A stretch of 64,000 nucleotides of DNA, taken from positions 48,639 through 112,638 of the forward strand of contig JBAXRV010000001.1 in the NCBI GenBank assembly GCA_037131045.1. The letters run 5' to 3'. Within the stretch, counting starts at the first letter, position 1; every line of letters starts with the position of its first letter. The notes under the pieces are model-generated. The model was not told where the DNA came from. It saw nothing but the letters and a program-made list of their open reading frames with translations, and searched no databases. The stretch is from Actinomycetes bacterium. GTDB taxonomy: Bacteria > Actinomycetota > Actinomycetes > S36-B12 > UBA5976. This document shows, one piece after another, positions 10,418 through 19,633 of the stretch. The translations under genes were made by a program, and so were the position numbers.

Positions 10418-11857
10418 TTATCCCTGCCGGGATTGTGACTTAATTCGAGCGGTCAGATCGCTGACCTGGTTGTAGAGACTGCGCCGCTCTGCAATAAGTT
10501 GGCGAACTTTACGGTCGGCGTGCATCACTGTGGTGTGATCACGACCACCAAACTGCTGCCCAATTTTTGGTAGTGACAAGTCAGTTAACTCGCGGCACAG
10601 ATACATAGCTATTTGGCGAGCGGTAACTAAGACTCGAGAGCGGCTCGCCCCAGTGAGGTCATCAAGTGTCACGCCAAAGTAATTGGCAGTCTGGGCCATG
10701 ATCACACCTGCAGAAATCTCGGGGCCAGTTGCATCGGTGACAAGGTCTTTAAGAACAATCTCGGCCAGGCCAAGGTCCACAGGCGAACGGTTCAAGCTTG
10801 CAAAGGCAGTGACTCGAATTAACGCACCTTCAAGTTCGCGAATGTTTGTTGACATTTTGGATGCAATAAATTCCAGTACCTCAGCGGGAGCCGTGAGTCG
10901 TTCCTGAGCGCTCTTCTTGCGCAAAATTGCGATACGGGTTTCTAAGTCAGGAGGTTGAACATCGGTGATAAGGCCCCATTCGAACCGCGACCGCATGCGC
11001 TCCTCGAAGTCCTGCAGCTGCTTAGGCGGCATATCCGATGTGATCACAATCTGCTTATTGGCATTATGCAAAGTATTGAAGGTATGGAAAAACTCTTCTT
11101 GTGTTTGCACCTTGCCAGAAAGAAATTGGATGTCGTCAACGAGCAGAACATCAACATCACGGTAACGACGCTGAAACTCTTTTGCCTTGTCGTCACGAAT
11201 GGAATTAATAAACTCGTTGGTGAACTCTTCACTACTGACATATCGAACTTTTGTTCCGGCGTAAAGCGTTCGGGTGTAGTGACCCACCGCGTGAAGCAAG
11301 TGAGTTTTACCAAGACCAGATTCACCGTAAATAAATAGTGGGTTGTATGCCTTGGCGGGCTGTTCTGCCACAGCTCGAGCTGCAGCGTGTGCAAATCGAT
11401 TCGATGCGCCAGGAACGAAAGTATCGAATGTGTACTTTGGATTAAGCCGGCTTCCCTCTTCTGAGGTGCGAGGTGCTGGAGCTGGGCCTCGACTACCCAC
11501 CGGCGGCAGGGCGGGGTTGGGGTCAGAATTACGAGATTCGATATCTGCGTACGTGGCATCGGCCATCTCGTCGGTGGCCTCGTCGTCTAGATCAGGAGCA
11601 ATGGATTCATCGATTGTGACTGCCAGACGCATTTCACGACCCACGATGCTGCTCAGAGCATCACACAAGATTGGCGCAAGCCGAGTTTCAAGGACATCTT
11701 TTGTGAAGTCGTTAGGGGCAGCAATTAAAGCGGTGTCGCCAACAATGCCCAGAGGCTTAGTCAGATTAACGAAGGCACGCTGCTGGGCAGTCATAAGTCC
11801 AGACGTAAGTGACTCCAGGGTCTTTGCCCAGATGACGTCTAGTCCTTGCTCTTCCAT
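10418..11857 (-). CDS. dnaA: Chromosomal replication initiator DnaA
   Basis: The 479-aa ORF has AAA+ Walker [16 protein letters not shown], Walker B LLVDDIQF and the C-terminal DNA-binding helix region [11 protein letters not shown]. Confidence 0.97.
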   Translation of the reverse strand: MEEQGLDVIWAKTLESLTSGLMTAQQRAFVNLTKPLGIVGDTALIAAPNDFTKDVLETRLAPILCDALSSIVGREMRLAVTIDESIAPDLDDEATDEMADATYADIESRNSDPNPALPPVGSRGPAPAPRTSEEGSRLNPKYTFDTFVPGASNRFAHAAARAVAEQPAKAYNPLFIYGESGLGKTHLLHAVGHYTRTLYAGTKVRYVSSEEFTNEFINSIRDDKAKEFQRRYRDVDVLLVDDIQFLSGKVQTQEEFFHTFNTLHNANKQIVITSDMPPKQLQDFEERMRSRFEWGLITDVQPPDLETRIAILRKKSAQERLTAPAEVLEFIASKMSTNIRELEGALIRVTAFASLNRSPVDLGLAEIVLKDLVTDATGPEISAGVIMAQTANYFGVTLDDLTGASRSRVLVTARQIAMYLCRELTDLSLPKIGQQFGGRDHTTVMHADRKVRQLIAERRSLYNQVSDLTARIKSQSRQG

Positions 11858-11871
11858 GATTCCCTCACACG

Positions 11872-12152
11872 TTTTCCACAGGCTGGACTTTGGAGACTAC
11901 GGCCTGTGGATAGTGTCTGGCAAGTGGTTATCCACAAGTGCACTATTTTGCTTAAGATCAGTCGTTGCCGACACACTGCCTGGCCGCTCGCCCAGATCAC
12001 ACGGTCTGGGCAACTGACGCCAACGAAAGCCAAACACTGGGTTTGCAGGCAGCCTTAGTTTGACCCAACACCTCAACAGCACGTATCTTTGGTTAGTCGC
12101 ACGCGGTCTCCCGTCGAATGTCCATGAGTACTCGTGGATGTCCGGTGGATAA
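11872..12152. promoter_or_regulatory. DnaA boxes in the divergent dnaA / rpmH promoter region
   Basis: The motifs are TTTTCCACA (11872-11880), TGTGGATAG (11905-11913), a perfect TTATCCACA (11928-11936), CGTGGATGT (12133-12141) and GGTGGATAA (12144-12152). Confidence 0.6.
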
Positions 12153-12188
12153 TCGAATCGCCAAACTTCTTCCAAAGAAAGTGTTCAC

Positions 12189-12326
12189 ATGTCAAAGCGC
12201 ACCTTCCAACCAAATAACCGTCGTCGTGCCAAAACCCATGGCTTCCGTGAGCGCATGAGCACCCGTGCTGGCCGAGGAATTCTTTCGGCTCGCCGTGCCA
12301 AGGGTCGCACAAAACTGTCGGCTTAA
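12189..12326 (+). CDS. rpmH: 50S ribosomal protein L34
   Basis: My own translation gives [45 protein letters not shown] (45 aa), below the ORF-track cutoff. Confidence 0.95.
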   Translation: MSKRTFQPNNRRRAKTHGFRERMSTRAGRGILSARRAKGRTKLSA

Positions 12327-12332
12327 GTTCGC

Positions 12333-12668
12333 ATGTTGCCGGCCGATTCTCGGCTTAGGAAAACCGCGGACATCTCGACCACTCTTCGTCGGGGTAAACG
12401 GCTAGCAAGCCCACTGCTGGTTTTACATGTTGATAGTGGACCGGATGCGCATACCAGATTTGCATTTGCAGTAGGGAAAAACGTGGGTAACTCAGTTGAG
12501 CGTCATCGATTAACTCGTCAGTTACGTCACCTTGCCCAACAATCAACTCAAAATTTCCCTGTCGGTTCCTGGGTGGTCGTGCGTGCCCTACCCAAAAGCA
12601 AAGACGCTTCGTTTCTAGAGTTATCGAAATCTTTCGCTGCAGCCGTGGCTAAGGTGGATGAATTATGA
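12333..12668 (+). CDS. rnpA: RNase P protein component
   Basis: The 111-aa basic protein directly follows rpmH and has an RNR-like motif ([12 protein letters not shown]). Confidence 0.85.
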   Translation: MLPADSRLRKTADISTTLRRGKRLASPLLVLHVDSGPDAHTRFAFAVGKNVGNSVERHRLTRQLRHLAQQSTQNFPVGSWVVVRALPKSKDASFLELSKSFAAAVAKVDEL

Positions 12669-12988
12669 CTCGCATCAAAAATCTATGGGACCGCACATTA
12701 GGTCAGCTACTTGTCCTAATTTTTGTTGGCGCCATCCGCGTGTATCAGGCGACGCTGAGCCCACGCCTCGGTGCGGTCTGCCGGTACTACCCCTCGTGTT
12801 CGCATTACGGAGCAGAAGCAATTACCGTTCACCGTTTTACAAAAGGGACACTGTTAACTGCATGGAGAATCATGCGGTGCAACCCGTGGTCAGCGGGCGG
12901 GATCGATGCTGTGCCACCAAGAGGCCAATGGCCACACAAAGAACTAATTGAATTTTCAACTACATCACAGAGTCAGGAAGTTGCCTAA
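12665..12988 (+). CDS. yidD: Membrane protein insertion efficiency factor YidD
   Basis: The ORF carries [30 protein letters not shown]...[14 protein letters not shown], overlaps the rnpA stop by 4 nt and has a C-terminal extension. Confidence 0.9.
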   Translation: MTRIKNLWDRTLGQLLVLIFVGAIRVYQATLSPRLGAVCRYYPSCSHYGAEAITVHRFTKGTLLTAWRIMRCNPWSAGGIDAVPPRGQWPHKELIEFSTTSQSQEVA

Positions 12989-13885
12989 ATGAATCCGTTG
13001 GTATGGATAGAGAAAGCCGTCTCATGGGTGCTGATCACTTTTCACTCCCTGCTATCGACAACATTCGCCCCTGACAGCGGTTGGGCCTGGGGTCTAGCGA
13101 TTGTCGGCCTAGTGATTCTCATTCGACTGCTTTTGGTCCCACTCTTTGTGAAGCAAATTAAGAGCCAGCGCAACATGCAGTTGATTCAGCCGCAGGTTAA
13201 AGAAATTCAAAAGAAGTACGCCGGTGACCGCGAACGACAATCTCAAGAACTCATGAAGTTATACAAAGACACGGGAACAAATCCGTTGTCCTCATGTTTG
13301 CCACTGCTCGCTCAGGCGCCAATCTTCTACTCACTGTTTCGTGTTCTTCAGGGCATCGCTCAAAGTAAGCCATACGGTCTCATGACGGATGACTTAGTCA
13401 AGCAAGCACAAGCTGCAAAAATCCTGGGCGCTCCGATTTCTGGAACGTTTACGCATCGCTCCGAAACCACAAGCCCGACTTCGACGCTCTGGGTTACGTT
13501 AGTCATGATCGTGCTGATGGTGGCAACCACATTTTTGACCCAACGCCAAATGATTGTGAAAAACTCGGCATCGGATAACCCAATGGTGCAGCAGCAAAAA
13601 ATCCTGCTGTACGTATTCCCATTTATCTTTTTAATTTCGGGCGTGAACTTCCCCATCGGCGTGCTGCTCTATTGGTGTATTTCTAACCTCTGGACCATGG
13701 GACAGCAGTTCTATGTCATCCGTAACAGCCCGCAGCCAGGCACGCCGGCATATGCCGCGATGGAAGCTCGGCAAAAAGCGAAACTTGAAAAACTTGGGGG
13801 AACCCAAAGTCAAGAAACCGAACCAGAAGCCGAAGAGCGCCTGGTTCGAAACCAACCTAAGAAGAAGCCCAAAAAGAAGCGCTAA
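12989..13885 (+). CDS. yidC: Membrane protein insertase YidC (short form)
   Basis: The 298-aa ORF has 5 TM segments, a conserved Arg-containing first core helix (LLLVPLFVKQIKSQRNMQ) and a Lys-rich C-terminal tail. Confidence 0.92.
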   Translation: MNPLVWIEKAVSWVLITFHSLLSTTFAPDSGWAWGLAIVGLVILIRLLLVPLFVKQIKSQRNMQLIQPQVKEIQKKYAGDRERQSQELMKLYKDTGTNPLSSCLPLLAQAPIFYSLFRVLQGIAQSKPYGLMTDDLVKQAQAAKILGAPISGTFTHRSETTSPTSTLWVTLVMIVLMVATTFLTQRQMIVKNSASDNPMVQQQKILLYVFPFIFLISGVNFPIGVLLYWCISNLWTMGQQFYVIRNSPQPGTPAYAAMEARQKAKLEKLGGTQSQETEPEAEERLVRNQPKKKPKKKR

Positions 13886-13889
13886 TAAC

Positions 13890-13903
13890 GTTTCACGTGA
13901 AAC
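13890..13903. other. parS centromere-like site 1
   Basis: GTTTCACGTGAAAC is a perfect 14-bp palindromic core, and 14/16 against TGTTTCACGTGAAACA with flanks. It lies 5 nt after the yidC stop. Confidence 0.8.
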
Positions 13904-13936
13904 CACCCAAAAACCTAAGAACATAAAGGACCAACA

Positions 13937-14407
13937 ATGTCTGAACGAATTTCCGAACTTGAAAAAGAAGGCGACATCGCCGCTGACTACCTAGAGGGCC
14001 TGCTTGATATTGCTGACCTTGATGGTGACATCGAGATGGCCGTGGAAAATGACCGCGCCCTAGTCAGCATTGTCGGTGCTGATCTCAACATGTTGGTTGG
14101 CGACAAGGGAGAAGTGCTAGACGCTTTACAGGAACTCACCCGATTAGCAGTCACTCGTGAATCCGGGGAGCGCTCCCGCCTCATGCTCGACATTTCGGGT
14201 CACCGTTCTAAGGCCAAAGAACGACTAGCGATTATTGGTAAGGAAGCCGCAGAGAAGGCGCTGGCCTCCGGTGAACCTGTCGAACTCAAGGCGATGACTG
14301 CATTCGAACGCAAAGTGGTGCACGACGCCGTGGCTTTGGCTGGCGCGTCAAGTGTCTCAAAGGGCGAGGAACCAAATCGTCGAATTGTTGTGCAGCCCGC
14401 GCAATAA
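13937..14407 (+). CDS. jag: Jag/KhpB-type R3H RNA-binding protein
   Basis: The 156-aa ORF has a KH-like region and an R3H-type C-terminus (HDAVALAG...EEPNRRIVVQP), in the conserved position between yidC and rsmG. Confidence 0.8.
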   Translation: MSERISELEKEGDIAADYLEGLLDIADLDGDIEMAVENDRALVSIVGADLNMLVGDKGEVLDALQELTRLAVTRESGERSRLMLDISGHRSKAKERLAIIGKEAAEKALASGEPVELKAMTAFERKVVHDAVALAGASSVSKGEEPNRRIVVQPAQ

Positions 14408-14431
14408 CGGACCACAGATGTGTAAGTGTCA

Positions 14432-14447
14432 TGTTTCACGTGAAACC
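14432..14447. other. parS centromere-like site 2
   Basis: TGTTTCACGTGAAACC matches the consensus at 15/16 and lies in the jag-rsmG spacer. Confidence 0.8.
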
Positions 14448-14465
14448 TGACGAACCTAAAGGGAG

Positions 14466-15071
14466 GTGCTTGTGAGTAAGCACCTCCCTTTACTTAATAC
14501 CTATCCGGATGCCGAAGCACAGTTGGATTCCTATGTGCAGTGGCTAACGACGGCAGGAATTGAACGCGGTCTTATTGGTCCCCGTGAGGCCGATCGGATG
14601 TGGGAACGTCACATTGCCAATTGCGCGGCAGTTGCCGAACTGATTCCACGTGACGATGACGTTTTTGACGTGGGTAGCGGCGCAGGCTTGCCGGGCCTGG
14701 TGCTAGCAATCGTTAGACCCGATTTACGCATGACTGTGATTGAGCCATTGCAACGGCGCTGCGACTTCTTAACGGAAGTGGTGGCAGATCTCAATTTGCC
14801 AGTACGGGTGCTTCGAGGCCGAGCGCAAGACTTCAAGGGTGAATCTGCCAAAACCGTTACTTCGCGCGCGGTAGCTCCGCTTGGGAAACTCTTGACGTGG
14901 TGTGCCCCACTGACCAAGCCAGGGGGTCAAGTTCTTGCAATGAAGGGCTCATCGGCAGAACGCGAGATTTCGCAGGCCCACCAGGAACTTGCTGGGCGAC
15001 AAGCGGAAATTCTCGAGTGCGGGCAAGGATTTGTTGTACCGGCCACCACTGTTGTCAGGGTGCGTTTTTAG
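14466..15071 (+). CDS. rsmG: 16S rRNA (guanine527-N7)-methyltransferase RsmG
   Basis: The 201-aa ORF has the SAM-binding motif VFDVGSGAGLPGLVLAI. The GTG start is uncertain. Confidence 0.88.
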   Translation: MLVSKHLPLLNTYPDAEAQLDSYVQWLTTAGIERGLIGPREADRMWERHIANCAAVAELIPRDDDVFDVGSGAGLPGLVLAIVRPDLRMTVIEPLQRRCDFLTEVVADLNLPVRVLRGRAQDFKGESAKTVTSRAVAPLGKLLTWCAPLTKPGGQVLAMKGSSAEREISQAHQELAGRQAEILECGQGFVVPATTVVRVRF

Positions 15072-15132
15072 AATCTTGCCTTGACGGCATACGCTTTAGT
15101 CACCCACCACAGATACCTCAAGTGAGCGTGAG

Positions 15133-16008
15133 ATGACCTTCGACGACAACGACACCCCGTTAGCACAAGCTGCGGCCGCTGCCGTCTATGTGCGCAATGG
15201 ACTCAAAGGCTCATTCCAGCCACCGAAGTCCACTCGAGTGCTGACCATTGCTAACCAAAAAGGTGGTGTCGGTAAAACGACAACTGCTGTGAACATCGCT
15301 GCTGCGATGGCACTGGGTGGCTTGAAAGTTTTAGTGATTGACCTTGACCCTCAGGGAAACGCGTCTACAGCTTTTGGAGTAGATCACCAAGAGGATGCCA
15401 CTGGCACTTATGACGTACTGGTTGACGAGCAACCGATTGCAGAGATGATGGTTGCGGCCGAGGGGTATGAGACGTTGTGGTGCTTGCCGGCGTCACTAGA
15501 TTTAGCAGGCGCTGACATCGAATTGATTACCCAAGTGCCCGAAGCGGACCGGGCTTTTCGGTTGCGCACCGCACTGGATGCTTTTCTTGCCGAATACGAC
15601 ATGGACTATGTCTTTGTCGATTGCCCTCCAAGTCTTGGCATGTTAACGATTAATGCCTTGGCTGCAGTCTCTGAAGTCTTGATCCCAATTCAATGTGAGT
15701 TTTATGCTCTCGAGGGAGTTCAGCAACTGCTTCGAACTATTGATTTTGCCCGCGAGCGCCTTAACCCCAATCTTGAAGTCAGCACTATTTTGTTGACGAT
15801 GTACAACGGGGCAACAAACCTTTCTACCCAGGTGGCTGACTCAGTGCGCCAGTATTTTGGCGACAAAGTCTTGGAAACTGCGATACCCCGATCAACGTAT
15901 GTGGCTGAAGCGCCATCGTTTGGTCAATCGGTGATGACTTATGACCCAGGATCAACAGGTGCAGTCGCCTACTTAGCAGCTGCCCGCGAACTCGCGAAAC
16001 GTGGATAG
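15133..16008 (+). CDS. parA: Chromosome partitioning ATPase ParA
   Basis: The ORF has the deviant Walker A ANQKGGVGKTTT and VIDLDPQGNAS, with an N-terminal extension of about 35 aa. Confidence 0.93.
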   Translation: MTFDDNDTPLAQAAAAAVYVRNGLKGSFQPPKSTRVLTIANQKGGVGKTTTAVNIAAAMALGGLKVLVIDLDPQGNASTAFGVDHQEDATGTYDVLVDEQPIAEMMVAAEGYETLWCLPASLDLAGADIELITQVPEADRAFRLRTALDAFLAEYDMDYVFVDCPPSLGMLTINALAAVSEVLIPIQCEFYALEGVQQLLRTIDFARERLNPNLEVSTILLTMYNGATNLSTQVADSVRQYFGDKVLETAIPRSTYVAEAPSFGQSVMTYDPGSTGAVAYLAAARELAKRG

Positions 16009-16017
16009 GAGATAGTC

Positions 16018-17058
16018 ATGGCAAAAAGACAGGGATTAGGAAAAGGGCTTGACGCCTTAATGCCCAGTGTTCCACGTGAAACATCTCGGGGCGCTAAACC
16101 AGCGGCGAAAAAGAGCGCCAGCAAGCCAGCTGCAAAAGCGCCACAAAAACCGCCAGCTCGTACCTCGCCGCCACAAAAGATTGCAGCTGGCGTGGCCAAA
16201 GCTGCTGCTCCAAGCCCAATGGAGGTCGCCGGCCTGACGCTTGTGGAGTTACCGGTAAAAAGCATTTCCCCTAACCCCAATCAGCCTCGAACCGTGTTCG
16301 ACGAAGAATCCCTAGCTGAATTAGTCTTCTCGATTCAAGAAGTTGGCTTGCTACAGCCAGTTGTTGTGCGAAAGTCAAAAACTGGCTACGAATTAGTCGC
16401 CGGTGAACGACGACTACGTGCCTCAAAAAAGGCTGGCTTGAAAACCATTCCTGCGTTAGTTCGAGATACTGCTGACGATGCCATGCTGCGCGATGCACTA
16501 CTGGAAAACCTTCATCGATCCCAACTGACGGCCTTAGAGGAAGCCTCGGCATACCAACAATTGTTATCCGATTTTGGCTGCACCCAAGAACAACTAGCGA
16601 CACGATTGGGACGCTCTCGCCCACAAATTACTAACACCATCCGGTTGCTTAACTTGCCGCCAGCTGTGCAACGCCGGGTGGCAGCGGGCGTGCTTTCCGC
16701 TGGTCATGCCCGAGCATTGCTTGGGCTCAAGCAAGCCGCTGATATTGAAAAATTAGCGTCCCGCATTGTGGCCGAAGGTTTGTCAGTGCGCACCGTTGAA
16801 GAAATTGTTTCGCTCGGAGATGGCGGGAAAACAAAGTCTAAGAAACCTGCCACAAAGGGTGCAGGAACGATTAGTGCACCAGGCCTCAAAGACCTCGGAA
16901 ATCGAATGTCGGAACGACTCGATACTCGGGTCACTGTGCAACTTGGTCGAAGCAAAGGAAAAGTTGTTATTGAGTTTGCAACACTTGAGGACTTGCGGCG
17001 CATCGTTGAAATTGTCGATCCACCTAAGCGCGATGTATTCGGAGACCGACTGAAATAA
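16018..17058 (+). CDS. parB: Chromosome partitioning protein ParB
   Basis: The ORF has N-terminal GLGKGLDALMP, the ParB box LVAGERRLRA and an HTH region. An Ala/Lys/Pro-rich insert spans aa 23-67. Confidence 0.93.
   Translation: MAKRQGLGKGLDALMPSVPRETSRGAKPAAKKSASKPAAKAPQKPPARTSPPQKIAAGVAKAAAPSPMEVAGLTLVELPVKSISPNPNQPRTVFDEESLAELVFSIQEVGLLQPVVVRKSKTGYELVAGERRLRASKKAGLKTIPALVRDTADDAMLRDALLENLHRSQLTALEEASAYQQLLSDFGCTQEQLATRLGRSRPQITNTIRLLNLPPAVQRRVAAGVLSAGHARALLGLKQAADIEKLASRIVAEGLSVRTVEEIVSLGDGGKTKSKKPATKGAGTISAPGLKDLGNRMSERLDTRVTVQLGRSKGKVVIEFATLEDLRRIVEIVDPPKRDVFGDRLK
16068..16083. other. parS-like site 3 (inside the parB coding sequence)
   Basis: TGTTCCACGTGAAACA matches the consensus at 15/16 and lies in codons 17-22 of parB. 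Confidence 0.6.
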
Positions 17059-17117
17059 CGCGCTCGCAGGTTTTCCGCGAGAGGCACGGGATGGAGCTAC
17101 TGTGAGGCAGCTCAGTG

Positions 17118-18203
17118 CTATCCGATTCGCGGAGCCAGAATGCGATTCACCGCGGCACTAACGGCAGCTGCGATGTGGTCTCGAACATCTTGGTCAGAGA
17201 GCTTTTCGCTGTCGTGTGGATTTGTCACATAGCCAAGCTCAATACGTACTGCTGGCATTCTGGTCATGCGAAGAAGATCCCAAGTTTTTGCATGTGTGCG
17301 GCAGTCAAGCAAATCCGTGTGGGCGCAGATTTCTTCTTGGACTATTTCGGCAAGACGTAAACCTGTAGCTGAGTGCGAAAATTCATGCCCAAAGTAATAA
17401 GTGGATACACCATGTGCCAATACCGAAGTACTTGAGTCGCAGCGTAGCGAGATAACAAAATCGATTTTTTGATCGTTAGCCAGCGCGGCGCGGGCTCTCT
17501 CATCGCCGGAATGATTGCGTCCAGAACGCGTCAGCACTGCAAGTGCGCCCATGGCCATCAGTCGGCCTTCGAGTCGATTAGCGATATCCCAACACACATC
17601 GGCTTCAGTCAGATCGCTGTGCAAAAGCTTGCGGGTGTCATCACTTGGGTCAATCAGAATTGCCACCTTGTCTATTGGCATCCCTCGTGATGCAGTATCC
17701 CATGAGGCAAGCTCGCGAAGGTGGGCCTGATTTCCGCCGGCTACTGTTCTGGAGAGTCGAGCTAATGCGCGAAACACATCAGGACCAGCAATGCCATCGA
17801 CTGCTAATCCGACATTGAGTTGAAAGTCTCTGGTGGCTTTGTCTGTGATTCTGCCGAACACGCCATCAATGCGATCTAAGGTAAATCCAAGACCTAAAAG
17901 ACGTTGTTGTAATTGAGCAACATCTTCACCATGTATCACGTGTCCTGGGGTATAGGACAAAACTCGATCACCTAAAGTCCAACGAGACTCCTCGAGCCTT
18001 CGCAAAGTTTGCGGGCCAACCGTTCCATCAACAGTGAGCCCGCGACTTTGTTGAAACTCGCGTAACGACGATTCAAGTTCATCGTCAAAATAATCAGATG
18101 TGTGGTTATCGTGGTCTGCAATCAACCCAAGTTGAATTAAGCGATCACGGACTTCAGCTACACCTGGTCCCGAATCGCCGTGTCGAAGGATCACGGCTGA
18201 CAT
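17118..18203 (-). CDS. cwlM: CwlM-like N-acetylmuramoyl-L-alanine amidase with peptidoglycan-binding repeats
   Basis: The 361-aa ORF has N-terminal PG_binding_1-like repeats (LxxLGL...DGxxGPxT) and a C-terminal Amidase_3-like domain. It is convergent with parB, as in mycobacteria. Confidence 0.8.
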   Translation of the reverse strand: MSAVILRHGDSGPGVAEVRDRLIQLGLIADHDNHTSDYFDDELESSLREFQQSRGLTVDGTVGPQTLRRLEESRWTLGDRVLSYTPGHVIHGEDVAQLQQRLLGLGFTLDRIDGVFGRITDKATRDFQLNVGLAVDGIAGPDVFRALARLSRTVAGGNQAHLRELASWDTASRGMPIDKVAILIDPSDDTRKLLHSDLTEADVCWDIANRLEGRLMAMGALAVLTRSGRNHSGDERARAALANDQKIDFVISLRCDSSTSVLAHGVSTYYFGHEFSHSATGLRLAEIVQEEICAHTDLLDCRTHAKTWDLLRMTRMPAVRIELGYVTNPHDSEKLSDQDVRDHIAAAVSAAVNRILAPRIG

Positions 18204-18209
18204 ATGGTT

Positions 18210-18533
18210 CTAGATGTACTCAGATAACAAACCGAGCAACGTTGCTTTCGGCTTTGCGCCAATGATTTGCTGCACAAGATCACCATTTTGATACACATTG
18301 AGTGCAGGGATGGAAGTAATTCCATAATTTGCTGCCAGCCCAGGATTCTCGTCTACATTGACTTTCACGATAAGCAACTTGTCGCCATGCTCAGCGGAGA
18401 TTTCGTCCAAAATTGGTGCCACCTGCTTACACGGACCACACCACTCGGCCCAGAAATCAACAAGCACGGGTTTGCTACTTTCCAGTACGACACTCTGGAA
18501 GTCGGCCTGCGAGACACTTATTGCTGAACTCAT
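18210..18533 (-). CDS. trxA: Thioredoxin
   Basis: The ORF has the WCGPC active site. I chose the ATG at 18533 (GAGGAA SD, 107-aa product) over the track start at 18584, which has no SD. Confidence 0.9.
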   Translation of the reverse strand: MSSAISVSQADFQSVVLESSKPVLVDFWAEWCGPCKQVAPILDEISAEHGDKLLIVKVNVDENPGLAANYGITSIPALNVYQNGDLVQQIIGAKPKATLLGLLSEYI

Positions 18534-18608
18534 GGTTTCCTCATTTCGTTGTGACACGTTTTTCTCAGTGAACTCATCAAGCATAAAACGTATCGGGTTA
18601 GTTAGTTA

Positions 18609-19538
18609 CTAATGCCTTGCGGTTAGAAAACGTTCGGCATCAAGTGCGGCAGAGCAGCCAGTTCCGGCAGCGGTAATGGCCTGCCGATAGGTATGGTCCA
18701 CTAAATCTCCACAAGCAAAAACGCCTGCCACGTTTGTGGCTGTAGACCCAGGAGCTGTCACAACGTAGCCCTGGTCATCAAGAGTTACCACACCCTTCAC
18801 CAATTCTGAGCGCGGGTCATGACCAATAGCGACAAACAAACCAGTAACGGCAAGATCGCGAGTCTGTCCAGTTTGGGTATCGCGTAGTACGACACCGCTG
18901 AGTTTTCCATCACCTTGCAGTTCTGCCACTTCACTGTTCCAAGCGAACTTAATTTTTGGATCGTTATGGGCTCGGTCAGCCATAATCTTGCTGGCTCGTA
19001 ATTCATCCCTGCGATGGATCAGAGTCACGCTGTCAGCGAATCGAGTCAAGAAGGTGGCTTCCTCAATAGCTGAATCTCCGCCACCGACTACTGCGATGTT
19101 TTGATTTCGGAAAAAGAAACCGTCGCAGGTAGCGCACCAGGAAACGCCGTGACCTGACAATGCAGTCTCGTTGGGCAAGCCAAGTTGGCGGTAACTCGAA
19201 CCCATCGCCAAAATAACGCTATGCGCTTGGTAATCTCGCCCCGAGCCATCCACAACAGTCTTTATGTCACCAACTAAGTCCATCGACACAATGTCGTCAG
19301 TAATGAGTTCACTATCAAAGCGAACACACTGAGCACGCATGTTTTCCATAAGAGCTGGTCCCATGATTCCTTCTGGGAATCCAGGAAAGTTCTCGACCTC
19401 AGTGGTGTTCATTAACGCACCACCAGCGGTGACCGCACCTTCAAACAGAATTGGTTTTAGTTGTGCCCGAGCGGCATAGATGGCTGCGGTATATCCAGCA
19501 GGTCCCGAACCGACAATGATGACTTCGCGAGGCGACAT
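18609..19538 (-). CDS. trxB: Thioredoxin-disulfide reductase
   Basis: The ORF has FAD motif [16 protein letters not shown], redox-active CATCDG and NADPH motif [12 protein letters not shown]. Confidence 0.95.
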   Translation of the reverse strand: MSPREVIIVGSGPAGYTAAIYAARAQLKPILFEGAVTAGGALMNTTEVENFPGFPEGIMGPALMENMRAQCVRFDSELITDDIVSMDLVGDIKTVVDGSGRDYQAHSVILAMGSSYRQLGLPNETALSGHGVSWCATCDGFFFRNQNIAVVGGGDSAIEEATFLTRFADSVTLIHRRDELRASKIMADRAHNDPKIKFAWNSEVAELQGDGKLSGVVLRDTQTGQTRDLAVTGLFVAIGHDPRSELVKGVVTLDDQGYVVTAPGSTATNVAGVFACGDLVDHTYRQAITAAGTGCSAALDAERFLTARH

Positions 19539-19633
19539 GAAATTCCTTGGGCGATAACTAGCAGGTATGGATAACTTTACTTTTAGGTAGTGACGCTACG
19601 TGAGTTGGTAGGCATCACCAGCCTAGTTACCTT

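Noticed and set aside
11343-12017. A 224-aa plus-strand ORF, and similar long ORFs at 400-939, 2097-2759, 5554-6012, 58041-58475 and 61173-61586.
   Set aside because: All lie antisense to, or out of frame within, strongly supported genes (dnaA, MFS, gyrA/DUF3566, gyrB, deoA, permease). Their translations are Arg/Ser/Pro/Ala-rich low-complexity sequences typical of shadow ORFs.
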